From Octopus vulgaris (taxonomy: Eukaryota), in assembly GCA_951406725.2 (NCBI GenBank), contig OX597827.1:17174001-17238000 (forward strand): 64,000 bases of DNA, written 5' to 3'. Below the pieces are notes generated by a model, which was given only the letters and a program-made list of their open reading frames with translations, searched no databases and was not told where the DNA came from. A program made the position numbers and the translations under genes. Position 1 is the first letter of the stretch, and every line of letters starts with the position of its first letter. This document shows, piece after piece, positions 57,625 to 64,000 of the stretch.

Positions 57625-57959
57625 CAACAACAACAACAACAAGAGGAAGAACAAAAAAGGTAAAAGATAGATGAGATGAAGAAAAATGGTAAGATGAGAA
57701 GGGGAATAAAGAGACAAAGAAATGGCAAAAGATGGATATGATGAAGTATATTATTAGTTCGTATCTTGGCAACGGATCTTGCAAGTAATTTGATAGACGA
57801 ATGACATTGACTGCGCTATGTTATAATATTGTCCTTATCTGATGTCGATCTGTTATCTTTAATCAAAGACACAAACACGCATACTCGTATACGAACGTAA
57901 ATATATATACAAAGATAAACGCATGCACGCGCCCGTATGTATATACTCAGATACAAAAA

Positions 57960-58215
57960 TACATACACACGCATATACATACTCACGTGTGGATATACAA
58001 ACATATACGCAAACACTCCCCCTATACATCTATACGCAAGCGCATATATAGGAACAACAATGATTACACAATTCACACACACACACACACACACAGCCAC
58101 ATGCATATACGTACTCACGTGTGGATATACAAACATATACGCAAACACTCCCCCCTATACATCTATACGCAAGCGCATATATAAGAACAATAATGATTAC
58201 ACAATTCACACACAC
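57960..58215. repeat. Tandem duplication with a ~124-bp unit
   Basis: ACTCACGTGTGGATATACAAAC... occurs twice. Confidence 0.85.
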
Positions 58216-58371
58216 ACACACAGACACACACACACACACATATATAAATAAATTAATATATATATATGTACACATGATTACAGCAATATTTAGAAATAAT
58301 GTCAGCCACACACACACACACACACATACACACACACCATAAATACTATAGGTGTAATATATATACTTAAA

Positions 58372-58602
58372 CAGGGCTGGCCAAAAGTCACCTGACAGTA
58401 AATCAAGACGATTTAATTCCAAGATTTATGTTTAACACCTGAATGACTTTAATAAAAGCAACTAAATATGAAATATGATGGAAATTTGTTCAAACTAAAG
58501 TCCTTCTTGAGCGACACCATTTTCCCAAATGAATAAATAAAATAGAATATTGAGTATCTATGGAATTTTGATTTACTGTCGGGTGACTTTTGGACAACCC
58601 TG
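58372..58602. mobile_element. Tc1/mariner-type MITE
   Basis: TIRs CAGGGCTGGCCAAAAGTCACCTGACAGTAAATCAA and TTGATTTACTGTCGGGTGACTTTTGGACAACCCTG. Confidence 0.8.
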
Positions 58603-58683
58603 TTTAAGTGTATAAAATAAATATATATATAACACATATATGTAAGTAAGTATATATATAGTTATATAAAAAAAATACATGCA

Positions 58684-59515
58684 TACGAGCTCCGTTGAAA
58701 AAGTATCCAACTTTACTTTTTCCTGCCGAAACTAATGCCGTGTGGACAAAAATGTTTGGGTACGAGGAAAGGTACCTTTCGTGAGCATGCATGAAAATTT
58801 TCGTGACTCCAGGTAACGTCAGTTCCTTGCAGTTACCCGTAGATTACGGATGTGTATGTAATGCCCTCGTCGGATTTTCGTTTTCACGCAAGATGTCCAA
58901 ACGCATCGAGTAGAGACCATAAACCCATGTCTCATCACCTGTTATGATGATCTTCATGAAGTGTGGTCCGTGATTTGTACTTTCTAGCATGTTCTGAGCG
59001 ATATCTATGCGGAGTTGTTTCCACTGCTCTGCCAGCAACTTGGGGACGAATTTCGCCGACACTCTCCGCAGGCACAAATTCTCCATTAAAATGGAATGCA
59101 CTGATTCAGCGCTTATTCCCACTTCATGAGCAATTTCCTAGATTGTTACACGACGGTCTTCTACGACTATTCGCTGAACCTTCTGAGTCGACTCCTCGTT
59201 TCGCTTTCTGAATGGCTTCTCTGAATATTTCTTGCTCCCCACTGAGGTGCGACTATGTTTGAAGCTATTGTACCACTCCTTGATCCGAATTTTTCCCATG
59301 GCAACATCACCAACGGCCTGCTGAATCTTCTGGATTATTTCAGCTTGAGTATCTACAAGCTTTTGACAACACTTGATGCAATGTCTCTGCTTGATGTCTC
59401 TTTTCGATGTACACGAAAATCTGCCAATAGCGCGCTACACGTCTGCGCTCTAGGATTGACAGTCGGGAACCGACAGAGTCTAGTGGTGCGAAAATTTTAC
59501 CCCGGCTCAAGCGGC
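58684..59515 (-). mobile_element. Mariner transposase remnant
   Basis: KQRHCIKCCQKL..IKEWYNSFK and RRVSAKFVPKLL...IITGDETWVYG on -; TIR-like TACGAGCTCCGTTGAAAAAGT at 58684. Confidence 0.85.
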
Positions 59516-60242
59516 ATAACTTCAATGGTAGTAAGCTAATTTTAGCATCAAACAGTCTGGTCAAAGATTCTAGAAATATGGGTGACAACTATAAAAAGAC
59601 TGGAAAATTGGGCCTAACCAAGGGGTCGCTTTACCTTTAGGGAAAAACTATGTCGCTTATCTCAGCTACTTGTTATTCTCTTCCCCTTTCACTTTAATGT
59701 AACAAGCTTATGTCAAAATCGCCAAAGTGCACCAAAATTTTGTTAATGGCCATTTACACATATCAATTATGTGCAGTAATGAATTCCCTTGCACTATCTT
59801 TATTCCATTACCCACCAAGTTAATATATATAGATGTTTCCCTAGCTTTATGTTCAATGAATATTGATTCATTAATTTATTGATTGTACATTTGTAAATAC
59901 AACTTTGCAGATGAATAAAATGTTTGGAAGCTCAGATTTCAGAACGGTCATTGTCTGCAGACACAAACTTACTAACTTGTGAACAGCCAAAGAAGAATAG
60001 GTGAATAACAAAAACATTAAACACCGTATGCACACATATGTGCATGTACACATGCTCACTCTCTCGCAAACACAAGCACACGGATACATACACATAATTC
60101 TTGTCTGGAACAGTGAATCTCGAAATACGTGAAGCTATAAATAATAGTATATAAATATTGGGCTGAAAATCGCTTTTGAATAAAAAAAAATATAGATAAT
60201 ATACACAATATTGATACATCTTACATATGTATATATCAAATT

Positions 60243-60321
<79 letters not shown>

Positions 60322-60325
60322 CATT

Positions 60326-60359
<34 letters not shown>

Positions 60360-60361
<2 letters not shown>

Positions 60362-60500
60362 AATAAATCTTAGGGTAGCAAAAAAAAATTTATTTAGAAA
60401 AATTCTTTGCTACCAGTGGTCTAGCGAAAAGGAAAAATTAGTCAATAGACTATATATTATTCATAGAAATGTACACTGTATTTTTCTATTAGTAATAAAT
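60360..60500 (-). mobile_element. Truncated (TA)n insert with the shared 3' signature
   Basis: Reverse-complement homologue of 18826-18925. Confidence 0.65.
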
Positions 60501-60548
60501 ATAAATATATATACATATACATATGAATAATGGATACACATATATACT

Positions 60549-60596
<48 letters not shown>

Positions 60597-60658
60597 TTAG
60601 AGGTTAAACAACCATCTAAAAGACAATATATACCCAATACACTACTAGATGTATACAT

Positions 60659-60920
60659 GTGGAGGCACATGGTCTAATGGTTAGAGCAGCGGTCGAGGGA
60701 TCGCGGTATCGAATCTCAGACCGGCCGACGTGTGTTTTTATGCGGATCCGGCAGAAGGTAATGGCGAACTTCTGCTGACTCTTTCGCTACAACTTTCTCT
60801 CACTCTTTCCTCCTGCATCTTGCAGCTCACCTGCGATGGACCGGCGTCCCGTCCAGGTGGGGAACCTATACGCCAAGGAAACCGGGAAACCGGCCCTTAT
60901 GAGCCAGACATGGCTCGAGG
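60659..60920 (+). mobile_element. SINE family C
   Basis: Homologous to the 3008 copy. Confidence 0.85.
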
Positions 60921-61029
60921 ATGTATACCAACGTGTTTATATCCTAGTGCCTACTGTTGCAGGGCAGTAACGCAATTGAATAATAGGCATGAGTAGAGAT
61001 AAAGCAGAAATTTACCCAGAATTTATAAG

Positions 61030-61370
61030 GCAAATAAGAAAATGTAGAAAATCATTCGATAAACATCAGCCTGGAAACATTAATTTGGACCTATTTATTA
61101 ATTAATTATAATCATATAAGTAATCAAAATAAATAAAAAATAAACAAGTAAATAAATAAAAAGATGAATAAATAAGTGAAAAAATATTTTTCACTCATTT
61201 ATTCTTATTCATGTATTTATATTTATTTATTTGCTTATTTATTTTGATTACTTATAAACACACACACATATATATATATATATTAATTAATTAATAAATA
61301 GATCCAAACGAATGTTTCCAGGCTGATGTTTGTCGATTGATTATCCTCTCCATTTCATTATTTGCATTAT
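61030..61370. repeat. Nested AT-rich inverted repeats
   Basis: 61030-61108 mirrors 61283-61367; internal hairpin at 61116-61255. Confidence 0.7.
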
Positions 61371-61629
61371 CTCTCTCTCCCTGTATGTATATATATATAT
61401 ATATATATAAGTAACAATGAAGGGTGAAATTAATTAATTTGGAACAATTATCAATTACACCAAGTAGTCTTCGGCATGTAAAAGCCTCATTCGAGGAAAA
61501 TTTAAGTAATACTAAGCAATTAAGGGTTTAGCAAGGAATTGCCTTACCACACACCGAATTTAGAAATAGCAGTCAAAGAGATTATAGCTATTTCTTCTAC
61601 TAAAAGGGAGATCACAGTAAAGGCACAGC

Positions 61630-61722
<93 letters not shown>

Positions 61723-62728
61723 TTAATATTTAGCAGATTTGACAGGGTGACTGAAAGTCCGAGTGTCTCTTCGTGCGTTGGCACTTATCAAACTAGTCAC
61801 ACGCCGAAGGCCTGTGGTTTTATATAGTTGTTCATATAATGGATTCATATATGCATGTGCGTTTGAAGCAGACACAAGCATACTTAAATATACAATATAT
61901 ACCCACTCGTAAGTAAAGGTGTGAGCGCTTCGAAACCTTGGTCATTTCACATTAAATAACAGCGGAACCATTCACATAACGATTGCTCACATAATGGTTC
62001 GCAATACTTCACAATAATAGACAGCAAAAATGCTATAGTCTCTTACGTGTGTTTGAACGGTTCGTTGCGCTAATTTCAACTTCAGCCATGTATATGGTTG
62101 CACTTTCGTTTTGTTTTGTAACTACCTATCAGCCATTATGAAACAGAGCTATGGCACGTACGTAGGCGGTAGGCTTGGTTTCATGCACAAGTTTGAAACT
62201 CTGTAGAAGTTTAATTGAGGATCGTATCGAACATGTGCATCATAAAAGTCTGAGCAAATTGGTGGCCATAGCCGCATCAAATAAGAACATTAAGTTCCGT
62301 TGGACTGCAACCGTCAGAGCTAATGATAATGGAGAATTAGTTGGACATGAAAACCAGGAGACGACGTTAGAGAAGGAAGGTGATTGCGTTGGTATGTAAA
62401 TTTTTTGATGCGAATGAACGAGTAAAGCTGGAATCAAAGTGATTAATGTATTATGGGTGGTAGGTCCTTGATAGATCTATAGCATTGACCACGTTGCTGA
62501 TACGAAGTTTACATATAGTTTTGAGACTGCACAGTCCGAATATAAGAATATATTGACTTCGTTTATTGTATAATTTACGATGACTCATTAGCGGCTTCAA
62601 CCAACCAATCAATCAAGCAAGCAAACTCTCGCTCTCTCACTCTCTTGCTCTTATACTCTGTATGTGTGTGTACTTGAGTTTTTGTGTGTGTAAACACGCA
62701 CACACAGATAGACTGACACACACACTCA

Positions 62729-62780
<52 letters not shown>

Positions 62781-63583
62781 CAGACTTACGTATTGAATTA
62801 TATTCATCCTGTTAATTCTATGAGAAATACACAGACGCAGACACACGCACAAACACACACATAACTTCACACTTCCACACGCAAAGATATATATACATAT
62901 ACGAGTATGTTTTTGCGCTTCAGTATTTGTGTGTGCTTATACGCATGTGCGTGTATTTATGTTTATAGGTAAGTTTATAGATCTCAAGATTCAAATTAAA
63001 ACAGTCTTCATTTATAAGATCGATGCAAACATTATGAAGCACAAATTGCTACGATCACATTTTGTTATTAAATTTCATTAAACGAGGTGAAAAATATAAT
63101 TATCGAACGAAATTGACGAAATTACCATAAACTTTAATAGAATTTTAATCAAAAATATTAATTATTCATTTACCCTAAAAATAATGATTTGTTAGCAATA
63201 AAATTATTCAATTAAAGATAGTCGCAGTTAGAAATGTATATCTGTATAAAGGATAATATGCATTCATATATATATATGTGTGTGTCTGTGTGTGTATACA
63301 TACATGCATACATACATACATACATACATATATACATACATACATACACACATATATACATAAATCAGAAGCACATTTTAACATGGTTTTCTTCACTGTT
63401 GGTTAGATAATAATATGGATGTAAACACATATCTTTTATTACTACTGAATGCGAAAAAAAAAGGAGGGACTCTACTGTTGAATCATTCCACAGTGTTTCA
63501 CAGTGTTTCTTTCCTTATTGTTAGCATGCATCAGCTGCTTATGAAGCAGTCATAAATTAGGTTAGGCTATTAGTGAATCTAAA

Positions 63584-63877
63584 GTGGAGGCACAAGGCCT
63601 AGTGGTTAGTGCAGCGGACTCTGGATCGCGGGTTCGAATCTCAGACCGGGCGATGCGTGTGTTTATGAGCGAAAATACCTAAGCTCCACGCGGCTCCGGC
63701 AGAAGGTAATGGCGAAAATACTGCTGACTCTTACGCCACAACTTTCTCTCATTCTTTCCTCCTGCATCTTGCAGCTCATCTGCGACGGACCGGCGTCCCG
63801 TCCAGGTGGGGAACCTATACGCCAAGAAACCGGGAAACCGGCCCTATGAGCCAGGCATGGCTCGAGAAGGAACAAAC
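63584..63877 (+). mobile_element. SINE family C
   Basis: Homologous to the 3008 copy. Confidence 0.88.
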
Positions 63878-64000
63878 ATTGATTGAGGAAAGAAAATGTT
63901 TACATTTTCTTTAACCGACGATTAACAAACTGTGAAACACTTTTACGTGAGATCCTCTTTCTTTCTTCCACGGACGGGTTTAGGAAGTATCTGAAAGTTG

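Noticed and set aside
61950-62530. Possible decayed DNA-transposase fragment (IISSDGCS on the minus strand)
   Set aside because: Too degenerate to assign without a search

Overview
AT-rich, microsatellite-saturated eukaryotic DNA with no recognisable host protein-coding gene. The tRNA-derived SINE families suggest a cephalopod, probably Octopus (inference). Nearly all ORF-track entries are artefacts of (TA)n, (CA)n, (TATC)n or (TAA)n. Recognisable content is decayed transposons: several SINE families, two Ty3/Gypsy remnants (one with LTRs, PBS and PPT), RTE, CR1-like and R4/Dong-like LINE ends, mariner pieces, a MITE, and Penelope-like (PLE) RT and GIY-YIG fragments. The main hidden signal is about 20 type-I hammerhead-ribozyme (HHR) motifs, intact or decayed, in at least 8 distinct small non-coding elements, most of them inserted in (TA)n. 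Four elements share one architecture: (TA)n, an inverted leader, tandem units of 476-516 bp (three with an HHR motif), then (TA)n. Several families share a structured 3'-end signature. This looks like a diverse retrozyme or mini-PLE system. All coordinates and folds were read by eye and need computational confirmation.
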